A stretch of DNA of 64,000 nt from an uncultured Gammaproteobacteria bacterium (lineage in GTDB: Bacteria; Patescibacteriota; Microgenomatia; 2-02-FULL-39-11), in NCBI GenBank assembly GCA_964362665.1, contig CAYIFB010000002.1, forward strand, positions 14,404-78,403. The letters run 5' to 3'. Positions 9,381 to 18,821 of the stretch are shown piece after piece; the first letter of the stretch is position 1; each line of letters starts with the position of its first letter. A program made the translations under genes and the position numbers. Under the pieces are notes generated by a model that did no database searches, was not told the DNA's origin, and was given only the letters and a program-made list of their open reading frames with translations.

Positions 9381-9893
9381 TCAGTCAGATGCATTATGCT
9401 GCTTCAGCTGTTTTTCGATAATTTTTTGGATGAGTGAGACATTGGTTTGGTTCAGCATCTCTTTGAGTTCCTTATCCCGATTTACGCCTTTATTTAAGCG
9501 TTTATTGAGGATTTGCAGAGCTTTTGTCAGTTCGCGTTCGGAGATAAGAATCATCTGCAAAAGCAGTTCATTTCTGAGGGTGTTGATATAGCTTTGCCTA
9601 TTTTGGCTGATGAGAACAATCACGGTCAGAAAAATGGCACCAACTGAGGCTATCATTGTCAGTAAGATAAAAGGATAAGGATCATAAATCGGAACACCCG
9701 GAATTACCCCGACATTAAATAAAATCCAGATAATTGTGACTATCAGTAAAATGATAAAAAATCTCGCGGTGCCAAAGCGGCTGGTTAATATATCAGCTAT
9801 TTTTATGGAGATGGTTCTTTTACTTAAAGTCTGGGCCTCAAGGGTGCGGATTAATCCAACGTAGTTCTGAGGAGAGTTTATCTGTTTCATCAA
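9381..9893 (-). CDS. small two-TM membrane protein (DUF1003-like)
   Basis: Two long hydrophobic helices followed by a charged coiled tail. Family assignment is from memory only. Confidence 0.35.
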   Translation of the reverse strand: MMKQINSPQNYVGLIRTLEAQTLSKRTISIKIADILTSRFGTARFFIILLIVTIIWILFNVGVIPGVPIYDPYPFILLTMIASVGAIFLTVIVLISQNRQSYINTLRNELLLQMILISERELTKALQILNKRLNKGVNRDKELKEMLNQTNVSLIQKIIEKQLKQHNASD

Positions 9894-9895
9894 AT

Positions 9896-10498
9896 TTACA
9901 GCTTTGTTACCTGCAGGAAATCGAGCTCAACCGGTGTTTCCCGGCCGAAGATGGAGACCAAAACTTTGATCGTGCCTTTTGCTTCATCAATCGCCTCCAC
10001 ACTTCCCAGAAAATCGGCAAAAGGTCCGTCGACGATTTTGACAGCCTCGCCAACCGAAAATTTAGTCTTGAATTTCGGCGCATCCAGCCTCATGAATTTC
10101 ATGATAGCTTCAACTTCGGTGTCAGAAATGGGTGTTGGTTTATTACCCGTTCCGACAAAGGCCGTAACTCCCGGAGTCGTTCGTACAGCCAGCCAGCTTT
10201 CATCATCGAGGTTCATGCGGACCAGGATGTATCCCGGGAAAATCTTTTCTTTGGCGTCTTCTTTTTTACCGTGGCGAACCAAAACTACATTTCGCGTGGG
10301 GACGACTGACTCAAAAATCTTCTCGGTCAAATTCATTGCCTTGACGCGCTGTTTGAGTGCTTCAGCGGCTTTATTTTCATGTCCGGAATAGGTATGGATG
10401 ACAAACCATTTGCCTTTCCCAGCATTGGGATCAACTGGTGCGAGGTCTGCCACCACAGGTACTGGTTGGGTGACGCTGGTTGTTGTTTTATCTGCCAT
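9896..10498 (-). CDS. nusG: transcription termination/antitermination factor NusG
   Basis: KWFVIHTYSGHENKAAEALKQRV matches the NGN domain. C-terminal KOW (GEAVKIVDGPFADFLGSVEAID). Located downstream of secE. Confidence 0.9.
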   Translation of the reverse strand: MADKTTTSVTQPVPVVADLAPVDPNAGKGKWFVIHTYSGHENKAAEALKQRVKAMNLTEKIFESVVPTRNVVLVRHGKKEDAKEKIFPGYILVRMNLDDESWLAVRTTPGVTAFVGTGNKPTPISDTEVEAIMKFMRLDAPKFKTKFSVGEAVKIVDGPFADFLGSVEAIDEAKGTIKVLVSIFGRETPVELDFLQVTKL

Positions 10499-10501
10499 TT
10501 T

Positions 10502-10723
10502 TTATCTTTTAAATATTAAACTTGTTAGTTTGGTCAGTAATATATCCATTCCTCCGATATAAAGCCCGATGACGGTAGAAATAACTACTACTATAATAGT
10601 CAGTTTGATAACTTCCTCACGCGAGGGCCAATTTACCTTCAAAAGCTCGCTCTTTACCTCTTTTAAAAATATAACCGGACTTCCTTTGAAGTCAGGCTTC
10701 ATCGGTTTGGGTAATTCGATCAT
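10502..10723 (-). CDS. secE: preprotein translocase subunit SecE
   Basis: 73 aa with a single C-terminal TM helix. Position immediately 5' of nusG. Confidence 0.75.
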   Translation of the reverse strand: MIELPKPMKPDFKGSPVIFLKEVKSELLKVNWPSREEVIKLTIIVVVISTVIGLYIGGMDILLTKLTSLIFKR

Positions 10724-10755
10724 TTGGTGATAGGGTTTAGTTTATCATAGGCGAA

Positions 10756-10784
10756 TTGACTTGTAAAGTTAAAAAAGGTAATAT
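10756..10784 (+). promoter_or_regulatory. sigma70-like promoter for galU (TTGACT-17-TAATAT)
   Basis: TTGACT at 10756-10761 and TAATAT at 10779-10784 with a 17-nt spacer, ~37 nt upstream of the ATG at 10822. Confidence 0.4.
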
Positions 10785-10821
10785 TAAAAAATTCAAATAC
10801 TAAATTCCAAAATCCAAATTT

Positions 10822-11706
10822 ATGAAGAATAAATCACATAAAATCACCAAGGCAGTCATTCCGGCAGCGGGATTTGGTACCCGGTTTCTTCCCCAGACCA
10901 AAGCCATGCCGAAGGAGATGCTTCCAATTGTCGATAAACCCGTCATCCAGTACGTGGTGGAAGAAATAGTTGCCTCCGGTATTACGGATATCGTGATGAT
11001 TACAGGCTGGCACAAAAGAAGCATTGAAGACCATTTTGATTATCCTTTTGAACTGGAGAAGCGCCTCGAGGAAGCTGGTAAAGAGAAAGAACTGGCAGAA
11101 GTGCGCAGAATTGCCGATATGGCAAATTTCATATACGTCCGCCAGAAGGGGCCATATGGCAATGCTACCCCGGTACTTTGCGCCAAAAATGTCATAGGAA
11201 ATGAGCCTTTCGCCGTCATCTGGGGAGATGAATTCATTTATGCGAAACCTCCCCGTCTCAAACAGATGATTGATGTCTATGAGGAATACGGTTCACCTGT
11301 CATATCGGGGGTGCGAATTAGTGAAAAAAAAGACCTGGTCAGATACGGGATAGCTGATGTCAAAAAAGTGAAAGACAACGTTTATGAGGTTCTCGATATT
11401 GTGGAAAAACCGGATCCCGATAAAGCCCCGTCCAATCTGGCAGCCATCGGTGCGTATATCCTGCCTCCGGAAATTTTTCCCATTATCGAGAATTTGAATC
11501 CGGGCCGGGGTGGAGAATTATGGCTTCCTGAAGCGATAGATCAGCTTTTAAAAATCGAAAAGGTACTGATTTGTGAAATCCAGAACGGGAAATATTACGA
11601 TACGGGAAATAAATTCGAGTACCTCAAAACGGTTATCGAATTTGCTCTGCGCCATCCTGATATCAACGGAGACCTCAAAAAATACCTCAAAAATCTAAAG
11701 TACTAG
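10822..11706 (+). CDS. galU: UTP--glucose-1-phosphate uridylyltransferase
   Basis: KAVIPAAGFGTRFLP...KEMLPIVDKP...VVEE is the classic GalU N-terminus. 294 aa. Confidence 0.85.
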   Translation: MKNKSHKITKAVIPAAGFGTRFLPQTKAMPKEMLPIVDKPVIQYVVEEIVASGITDIVMITGWHKRSIEDHFDYPFELEKRLEEAGKEKELAEVRRIADMANFIYVRQKGPYGNATPVLCAKNVIGNEPFAVIWGDEFIYAKPPRLKQMIDVYEEYGSPVISGVRISEKKDLVRYGIADVKKVKDNVYEVLDIVEKPDPDKAPSNLAAIGAYILPPEIFPIIENLNPGRGGELWLPEAIDQLLKIEKVLICEIQNGKYYDTGNKFEYLKTVIEFALRHPDINGDLKKYLKNLKY

Positions 11707-11751
11707 TAGAACACATCCCATAGTTGAAATTATATGATATAATTAATCTCA

Positions 11752-12243
11752 ATGTATGAAAATCATAAAAGGTTAGAGGCTGCTTCGGCATGGCTGAAAG
11801 AACAAAAGAAAAGATTTGCCGATTGGAAAGCCTACTTACGCACTCCTGAAGGTAAGAATTTAATACCCGCGATAGCAACCGGAGCAGTTGTAACAGTTGC
11901 ACTTATAGCTGGTTTACAAATCTTAACTACCGCTACTAAACCTGATGCTTCTCAGAGTAAACCACCTATAACTTTTGTTTGTGATTCGAGAGGGGTATAT
12001 GTGATGGCTGTTGATGTGGGACCTGATATAGCATCACCATTGGATGATACAACTGTTGTAGCGGACGATATGGTAGATTTAGGCCTAACCCAAAAAGGAT
12101 TGCGCGCTCTGCAACCATTAGGTGCTACTATCTATAGCAGGAAAGCAGGACAACCCGGATTTGGTGCGTTTAATCAGGGTCCAGCGGTGCTCAGGACTAA
12201 TCAGCCAGCGTGTGCTGCTTCAATGGTTTCTTCGGCTCCTTAA
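11752..12243 (+). CDS. hypothetical membrane-anchored protein
   Basis: One TM segment. No domain I recognise. Confidence 0.3.
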   Translation: MYENHKRLEAASAWLKEQKKRFADWKAYLRTPEGKNLIPAIATGAVVTVALIAGLQILTTATKPDASQSKPPITFVCDSRGVYVMAVDVGPDIASPLDDTTVVADDMVDLGLTQKGLRALQPLGATIYSRKAGQPGFGAFNQGPAVLRTNQPACAASMVSSAP

Positions 12244-12403
12244 CCCTTCGGATATTTTTACCTAAAAATTCATGACTTTTTATCCCATTTATGATAAATA
12301 TAGGCTTTAAAATGGGCGTTTTCTCTATTCTTGGTTAATATTTCCTTTAAAGTGAAGGAATTGATCAGGTGGGAGGAAACGGCCATTATTAAAACCCCAA
12401 AAC

Positions 12404-12429
12404 TCCTCCCAGAAGCGGGAGGTTTTTTT
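12404..12429 (+). terminator. intrinsic terminator
   Basis: CCTCCC-agaagc-GGGAGG followed by seven T. Confidence 0.55.
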
Positions 12430-12465
12430 GAGGTTTTTTGCTCTTTGACATATTGCGAGGATGAA

Positions 12466-12506
12466 GAATTTCTGTCTCTAAGCTGACAGAAAATTCTTTT
12501 TTATAT
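12466..12506 (+). terminator. intrinsic terminator (second, tandem)
   Basis: gaatttctgtc / gacagaaaattc stem followed by TTTTTTATATTT. Confidence 0.55.
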
Positions 12507-12723
12507 TTAAGACCTCGTTGGCCCTTGTATGGGGCAGATTGGAGATTTTAGTCTCCAGCCTGTCCTATACAAGCCATTCTGCCAGCGAGGCAAAGCGAGA
12601 ATCGCGAGATTCAAACTTTGGGCAGATTCCACCTGATCGAGCAAAGGGCTCGGAAAGTTGAGTTTATGTAAGCGACAACTCAACCCTTCAGGGGTTAGTA
12701 CGGGACAAGTTAGGAGACCCGCG

Positions 12724-13278
12724 ATGAAAAAAAAGTTCGTACTTCCTGTGCTCGTGGGGCTGTTGCTCGCCGCCGCCGCCTGCGCTCCGACGCCGACCCC
12801 GACGCCCGCGCCGACGGTGACTCCCGGCCCCCCCCCGACCATGGCACCCACACCAGACAATCTGGATCTCAATGAACAAATCATCCTGAAAAGCGATGAT
12901 CAAAGAATCCAGAATGCCGAGTGGAAAGCCGTCCCAAACAACGCGTCCGAAGCGTCCGACCTGATACGAATCTCTTTCACAGCTCCCGATGGGGCTAACG
13001 TGAGGATGTATCAGCGGGCCGAATGGACCGTTTTCTGGGATTTGCGGCAAGCCGACGGGAGCTGGGGCTCCAACTACGGTGTTGAGCACGTCAGGGGGAC
13101 GTTGCAAGATATCAAAGTTGGAAAGGGTCAAGGAATAGGCTTCGACACGATTCAGTTGCAAATAGCTGATGACAACATCGTCATCATGCATCTCATTGGC
13201 AGATCGTGGGCAATGGCATTTCGCCGCCATGAAATCTTCCATTGGGAGTCTGCACTGATCAACTGGCCCAACCCGTAA
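12724..13278 (+). CDS. GC-rich lipoprotein of unknown function (probable horizontally acquired gene)
   Basis: MKKKFVLPVLVGLLLAAAAC signal/lipobox followed by a Pro/Thr linker. Codon usage and GC sharply different from flanking genes. AGGAGA RBS precedes the start. Confidence 0.5.
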   Translation: MKKKFVLPVLVGLLLAAAACAPTPTPTPAPTVTPGPPPTMAPTPDNLDLNEQIILKSDDQRIQNAEWKAVPNNASEASDLIRISFTAPDGANVRMYQRAEWTVFWDLRQADGSWGSNYGVEHVRGTLQDIKVGKGQGIGFDTIQLQIADDNIVIMHLIGRSWAMAFRRHEIFHWESALINWPNP

Positions 13279-13352
13279 GCCGCCCGCCCGGCCACACCCA
13301 ATACACCCCGGTCCTCGCTCCGAGGTGTAGTCATCATTGACTCCTTAAGAAG

Positions 13353-13391
13353 CAGGGTTCAACCCTGTTTGGCACATCGTGTGCTTTTTTT
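13353..13391 (+). terminator. intrinsic terminator (two hairpins then T7)
   Basis: cagggttcaaccctg hairpin, then gcacatcgtgtgc followed by seven T. Confidence 0.55.
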
Positions 13392-13504
13392 CTTGAGGAG
13401 TCTTTTTTTGGGAAAAATTAGAGGAATTTAGAGGAGATCTTTAAGTTCCTTTAGATTCCTTTAAAATCCTTTACTTTCAAAAGTTCCTGAATTAGACTGA
13501 AATC

Positions 13505-14233
13505 ATGGCTGATTTTATAGTGGACGAGCTGGTAAAAAAGACCTTCCGTGAGCTTTCAGAGAGTCCAAAACCGCAACAGTATTCAAGGGTCTGGAAGTCT
13601 CCAAACGGTTATATTTTCCTTGTCCCCTGGGCAAATGCCAATTTACTCCGGACTATTATAGTCCGATTTACAAGTTCCCTGCCAAAATCCAATTTCAGAT
13701 TTAAAAACCAGATTGATGATGCGGCAAGATCCGTGATTGCCAATATTGAAGAAGGATTTGCCCGACCAACAACCCACGAGTATTTGAAGTTTCTGGGTTT
13801 TTCGCAGGCAAGTCTAAAGGAAGTGAAAGGAGATATCCAAAGAGCCCGGCAGGACGGATTGTTGAAATCTATTCCGGGATCGAGTATTACAGTATTAGAA
13901 ATTAATCTTAAGGATTGGCATGAGAAGTTAAAGGTTTCGGTGATTTCGAGGTCTGCGGGAACTCACGGGGTTAGAGGAATTTACAGGAAGTTAGAGGAGG
14001 TTAGAGGAAAGATTGACGGGAAAAGTCCTCTAAAATCCTTTAAGTTCCTTTATGATCCTGTAGACAATCTTCGTGTTTCTGATTTGACTTATGAAATTTT
14101 CATTGAACTAATCAATAAAACCGACTGGCACCTGCGAAGACTGGTAGAATCTTTGGAAAACAAACTAGTAAGGGATAAGAAATACTACCAGATTGAACAG
14201 GCGAGAATACTGGGTAAAGCTAGAGGAGTTTAA
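13505..14233 (+). CDS. four-helix-bundle protein (TIGR02436-like, '23S rRNA intervening-sequence protein' family) with extensions
   Basis: SVIANIEEGFARPTTHEYLKFLGFSQASLKEVKGDI matches the family core. 242 aa is longer than typical. Confidence 0.5.
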   Translation: MADFIVDELVKKTFRELSESPKPQQYSRVWKSPNGYIFLVPWANANLLRTIIVRFTSSLPKSNFRFKNQIDDAARSVIANIEEGFARPTTHEYLKFLGFSQASLKEVKGDIQRARQDGLLKSIPGSSITVLEINLKDWHEKLKVSVISRSAGTHGVRGIYRKLEEVRGKIDGKSPLKSFKFLYDPVDNLRVSDLTYEIFIELINKTDWHLRRLVESLENKLVRDKKYYQIEQARILGKARGV

Positions 14234-14249
14234 AGGATTTTGGAGGAAA

Positions 14250-15020
14250 TTAGCGCGAGGTGGTGAAGTAGGAAACGGGAGTGGTGTAGGAGTTTTTCGC
14301 GTCCTTTAATGTCAGCTGGTATTGGTATGTTGTTGCGGGATTGAGATTGGTTAATAAAGTGTAATGAGTTGTGTTAAATTCCTGAGATATGGTTTGTGAG
14401 CGCAGGTCCAGAGCGGTTTGCCCGTAGGAAATAAAAGACTTTACCGGAGAAACAGTTTGAAAAGTTACAAGCACGCTTGAGGATGAAATATTTTGGACAG
14501 AGATATTTTTTACCATCTCCGCGGCCTGAGATCTGTTATTTTGAATATTGGAGAGATTAAGTATTGTTACAGCAGTAAAAACTAGAAGCAGTGCTAAAGC
14601 GATTGCCGGCGCAAAAACCATGGACAGCGCGGGGAAAGGCTTGTCTGCTATTTTATACTCTGTGATTACTTCCTCCTGATGTTTTTTAAATTCAACAAGC
14701 TCTTTCTGGGTGGCCCAGATGCCGAGGCATTTGCTGCAGCGATGAAGGGCAACTCCCGCGGGGACACTTTCGCCCCGGAAATAACTTAATTTTTTATGGT
14801 CTCTGGGGCATTGCAGAATATCCGTCTGGGGGATGGGATTTTTGGGAAGGACTGTCACTGAAGCAAGTCTCGCCACTTCATGATACGGGATTCTGTTGAT
14901 TTCATAAGGATCAAACCACGTGCCTCCGCAGCGTCCGCAATGATCCACATCAAAACGTCCGCCATTGTTGGTGGTGACTGACATTTTCTGCAAAGTATTT
15001 TTACAGGAAGGACAAAGCAT
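14250..15020 (-). CDS. zinc-ribbon domain membrane protein
   Basis: Two CxxC...CxxC zinc-ribbon modules at the N-terminus, one TM helix, and a C-terminal beta-rich domain. Confidence 0.4.
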   Translation of the reverse strand: MLCPSCKNTLQKMSVTTNNGGRFDVDHCGRCGGTWFDPYEINRIPYHEVARLASVTVLPKNPIPQTDILQCPRDHKKLSYFRGESVPAGVALHRCSKCLGIWATQKELVEFKKHQEEVITEYKIADKPFPALSMVFAPAIALALLLVFTAVTILNLSNIQNNRSQAAEMVKNISVQNISSSSVLVTFQTVSPVKSFISYGQTALDLRSQTISQEFNTTHYTLLTNLNPATTYQYQLTLKDAKNSYTTPVSYFTTSR

Positions 15021-15193
15021 TGTAATTTAATATGCAGCCGCTGAGGTCGGTTATGACTTTTTTGCGCATCCTTCGATAGACTCAGGACAAGCCTCCCCAT
15101 TAAAAAAGGTGTTTACCCTGAGCGAAAGCGAAGGGCTCAAAAAGCATAACCTCCCCGCGACTGCTTTTTCACTAACGCGTCACCCGCAAAAAA

Positions 15194-16282
15194 TTATTGA
15201 ATCAAATTATTACTTTTCATCGCCTCAACGATTTTTTGGGAAAAAAGCAGAGCGCCTTCTTTAGAGGGATGAAGATTGTCAAAACTGCTGATATATTCCA
15301 GAAGCCCGTTGCCGTCTTTATCAAGAGAAGGAGTGTACGCGTCTGCTACAGGCATATTTTGCGATTTGGCAAAACCGATCATGTTTTGGAGGTACGCACG
15401 TGTGACTTGGGCTGATTGCCACTTCAGGTCTTTGCCCCAGTTTAGTACTCCGTCGCCGTATTTCAGAGAGTTGGGGGCAATGGCGGCGGCGAAAAGGATC
15501 TTGGTCGTGGAGGATTTTTCGCGGACCGTATCGATAATTTTGGAGTAAGTCAGCCATTGGCGGTCCAGATCTGACTTTTCACCTGTCCAGTGGTTGTAGG
15601 CGAATGATTCGACCACCAGAATGTCAGGCTGGAAAGACAGGAGAGGCGGGTAATATTTATTGAGATATTTGCTCCCCTTGGTAAGACGCGCAAGTCCGCT
15701 TTCGAGGTCTGTAGAGCCAAAGCCGTAATTGAGAACGGCAAAAGAGTATTTAGGAAAGCTTTGCGCGAGAAGATTTTTCAAATCCGGCAGGTTTCGGCCC
15801 AGAGTATCGACCATCGAATCTCCAAGGATTATGAGGGAATATGTTGTCCTGACAGGATTTTTTTCCAGATTTCCCACAAGTGGTTCATTTATATTGGAAA
15901 GAGTGGAATTTGTCATATTTGATTTCACTTTATTGAGGCGATTGCTTAACTGCTCAATGGCGGTAAGAGTTGGTGTAGGAATGATTGGAAGATTCATACC
16001 GGCATTTTTATAGTTGGCAAAGTTGGTATTAGTATTAAGATCGATTTTATTGGATGTAGATTTTTGGGAAATATTATCTATTTTATCAATCAGATTTTTC
16101 ACGTCAGTCTTTTTGGTGCTTTGAGAACTTGCGGTTGGTGCGATTTTAATTCCTGCTAAAATATCGCCAAAAGAAAGTTGACCTGAATCATTATATGCTG
16201 CGTTTATAGAAACTTTTAACCACAAACCTAAAGCCATGATTATTAAACTAGTCAGTAATATTTTCAGGGCAGTTTTTGGCAT
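15194..16282 (-). CDS. secreted SGNH/GDSL-family hydrolase (esterase/lipase-like)
   Basis: Signal peptide. LIILGDSMVD (GDS block), a GFGSTD block, and a C-terminal DNLHPS block resembling DxxH. Confidence 0.55.
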   Translation of the reverse strand: MPKTALKILLTSLIIMALGLWLKVSINAAYNDSGQLSFGDILAGIKIAPTASSQSTKKTDVKNLIDKIDNISQKSTSNKIDLNTNTNFANYKNAGMNLPIIPTPTLTAIEQLSNRLNKVKSNMTNSTLSNINEPLVGNLEKNPVRTTYSLIILGDSMVDTLGRNLPDLKNLLAQSFPKYSFAVLNYGFGSTDLESGLARLTKGSKYLNKYYPPLLSFQPDILVVESFAYNHWTGEKSDLDRQWLTYSKIIDTVREKSSTTKILFAAAIAPNSLKYGDGVLNWGKDLKWQSAQVTRAYLQNMIGFAKSQNMPVADAYTPSLDKDGNGLLEYISSFDNLHPSKEGALLFSQKIVEAMKSNNLIQ

Positions 16283-16333
16283 ATGCGCGTGTTAAATCTA
16301 TTGTAGTCAGATTATGAAGCAGGTGTCAATCAA

Positions 16334-16891
16334 CTATTTGCATTCCTTCCACAAACCGCGGTTATCTTGTCGGGCTTCTTGTTGGGCTTGCTTGAAAATC
16401 GATGCGTATTTGGTGTCAGGTGGGACAAGGTCAGTTTTGGCAAAGCCCTGTGATATCAGAATTTCATTGATCAAAGTTCCATCCAGGTAGACATAACGCA
16501 AAAGCCGTCCGTATTTGTCCTTGTTGGAGATATCTTTTTCCAGAGAAACTGTTTGATTTTCAACCAGTTGCCGGTTAAAATTTTTGGCGTTTTCTGCAAA
16601 ACATTCCACCTTGCCGTTTTTCTCCATTTCCGGGGAATTGATGCCAATGTAGCGGACTTTGGAATTGTCGGAAAGAATTATTGTATCTCCGTCAATGACA
16701 TATTTTACCTTCAATTTTTCGAGTGTTAAAGTCGGAGTTATTATAGGAGTCGTGAGATTTACATTAGATGAGGGCAATTTAGGTGATGTTTTTTGCCAAA
16801 GAATCAGATCTACAACGAAAATCATGAAGAAGATTAGTATTAGTGTTTGGAGATGAATAACCGGTTTGACTGACTTTTTTGCAGTTGTCAT
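16334..16891 (-). CDS. thermonuclease (staphylococcal nuclease homologue), secreted
   Basis: VIDGDTI...YIGINSPE...GRLLRYVY matches the SNase family. N-terminal TM/signal. Confidence 0.75.
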   Translation of the reverse strand: MTTAKKSVKPVIHLQTLILIFFMIFVVDLILWQKTSPKLPSSNVNLTTPIITPTLTLEKLKVKYVIDGDTIILSDNSKVRYIGINSPEMEKNGKVECFAENAKNFNRQLVENQTVSLEKDISNKDKYGRLLRYVYLDGTLINEILISQGFAKTDLVPPDTKYASIFKQAQQEARQDNRGLWKECK

Positions 16892-16896
16892 GCGGA

Positions 16897-17541
16897 TTAC
16901 TTGGTCAAAATCCTCACTTTGGCATTATCGAGAGTTACGTCAAAGGAAAGCGTGCTTTTGAGCTGTACCCTATAAAGTTTATTGCCGTTATCAAGAGTAA
17001 TTTTATCAGAGGTGATGGTTTGAGAGGCGGGTCCGTTCATAATGATGTGGCTTCCCCAGACAGGATGATTGTCGGTGACATTATAAAGTTGTGCTTCCAC
17101 CTGGCCGTTGCGGGTGGGATTAGACAGGGAGGCTATAAAATAAGCTTCCTTTATAGTACCGTAATTTCCCGGATCTATCACCGTTTCAGTGGATGTGAGG
17201 TCTTTAAAAATATTATTATTGGTTGAGCCTGATCCCAATGGAATGTAATATTCGCGGGGTGTTGACTGCGGGGCAGAATCATTACTTATGACCGTTTGAT
17301 TTGTCCCGTCGGTATTAACACTGCTTTTTGTAGCATCACTAATTGCGTTGAGACAACCGATAGGGCATTGGGTAATATCTGTTGAAGTGGTGGAGCTGGC
17401 GGTTGGTTTAACTATAGAAACATCCGCGACTTTGACTGTAAATCTTTGATTAAAGACAAAAATATCAAGAATAAAGAGATTAATGGCCGACAAGACGACC
17501 AAAAAAACAATAACCAGATGGGTTGACCGATTATCCTGCAT
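16897..17541 (-). CDS. hypothetical secreted protein
   Basis: N-terminal TM/signal segment. No recognised domain. Confidence 0.3.
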   Translation of the reverse strand: MQDNRSTHLVIVFLVVLSAINLFILDIFVFNQRFTVKVADVSIVKPTASSTTSTDITQCPIGCLNAISDATKSSVNTDGTNQTVISNDSAPQSTPREYYIPLGSGSTNNNIFKDLTSTETVIDPGNYGTIKEAYFIASLSNPTRNGQVEAQLYNVTDNHPVWGSHIIMNGPASQTITSDKITLDNGNKLYRVQLKSTLSFDVTLDNAKVRILTK

Positions 17542-17552
17542 AAAAAATACAA

Positions 17553-18821
17553 TTATTTAAATTTATTCTTTCCTGAGTTCATACCTGAATCACTTTCTGG
17601 TGCTGATGTGTTTGGCGGTTTTTGATCTCCGCCGGATTTGGGTGAAATATTGCGATCAGGATTTTTTTGGACAGGGGATATTTTGGGAGTTACTTGTGCG
17701 TTTGGAAAGTTAGGGCACTCTGAAGGATGTTTCTGGCAATAAGCCTGACATTCTCCATTAGTTTTACAACCGGCAGGACCTAAAAATTCACCTGTCTGAT
17801 CCGCTGATTTATTGAGAGGAGATAAAGAAGTGGCGGGAAAACCGGGACACTCGTCAGGATGGCTTGAACAATAATTTTTACATTCAGCATCACCGGTGCA
17901 GGGAGTTGTATTTTGTGCTTGTGAACTTTGTTTCTTGGAGGACTTATTGTCATTTTCCGGATTATGCTTTTGGGAAATCTTTTCACATTTCGAGCGATTT
18001 TCTGTTTGGCTGCAAAAGGCGGAACAACTCTCCTGACTGTCACAACCCAATTCCTTTTCAGCCTCATCCATCATCCTGGCTTTTTTTGTTTCCAACTCTT
18101 CAATCTCTTGTTCCTGATGGGAATCCAGAAGCTGATTGTTCTTCGCAAATGCAAGGCATTTGGGGGTGTTAGCCGGATTGGCACAAAAAGATTGACACTT
18201 TGTTTGCGAGGAACAACCAAGCTGTGTCTGGGCTTTTTGCAAAATCTCTTCAGGAGGTGGACCTTTATTGTTGCTTTTTTCCGAGGGTTTGTTTAATTTA
18301 TGTTTCTCGGCAAAAGTACGGCATTTCTCGATATTTTGCGGGTTTTCACAAAGTGTTTGACAACTCTCACGCGAAGTGCACCCGAGTTCTGTTTTGGCGC
18401 TCGACACGATTTCGGAGGGAGGAGGAAGATTTTCATCTGCGGCTTTAAGAAGATTTTTTTTCTTGGCAAAAGCAAAACAGGCATCTTGGTTTTCAGGTTT
18501 ATCGCAGTAAGCAAAACACTCTTTCGGATTGGCGCAGTTACCTAGTTCCGCTATAGGGAAAGTTACTCCATGCGCCTTGGCTTCCTCTTCAGGCGAGACG
18601 GTTTGTGTTCCCAAAACATCCGGTTTTAAGACATATTCACCATACGCCCAACAGGCCGGTGTATGACTAGGGATTTGGCAGTAATAATAACATTCATTAG
18701 CATTAAGGCAGTTGCCAAGGGACGTAATAGGATAAGTCACGTATTGAGCTAAGATGGGTTTAGATTGTACAACAAAAGATGTACAAAGAACTGCAAAAAT
18801 AAAAAGATAAAATTTTTTCAT
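17553..18821 (-). CDS. secreted cysteine-rich repeat protein (about 7 four-Cys modules)
   Basis: Signal peptide followed by repeated LG(N)C-x5-(E/K)C-x3-C-x7-9-C-x-FA modules. Pro/Ser-rich linkers in the C-terminal half. Confidence 0.5.
   Translation of the reverse strand: MKKFYLFIFAVLCTSFVVQSKPILAQYVTYPITSLGNCLNANECYYYCQIPSHTPACWAYGEYVLKPDVLGTQTVSPEEEAKAHGVTFPIAELGNCANPKECFAYCDKPENQDACFAFAKKKNLLKAADENLPPPSEIVSSAKTELGCTSRESCQTLCENPQNIEKCRTFAEKHKLNKPSEKSNNKGPPPEEILQKAQTQLGCSSQTKCQSFCANPANTPKCLAFAKNNQLLDSHQEQEIEELETKKARMMDEAEKELGCDSQESCSAFCSQTENRSKCEKISQKHNPENDNKSSKKQSSQAQNTTPCTGDAECKNYCSSHPDECPGFPATSLSPLNKSADQTGEFLGPAGCKTNGECQAYCQKHPSECPNFPNAQVTPKISPVQKNPDRNISPKSGGDQKPPNTSAPESDSGMNSGKNKFK

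Noticed and set aside
13353-13367. tRNA-like T-arm 'CAGGGTTCAACCCTG'
   Set aside because: No matching acceptor stem, D-arm or anticodon arm could be built upstream. It is better explained as the first hairpin of a terminator followed by a second hairpin and a T7 run.
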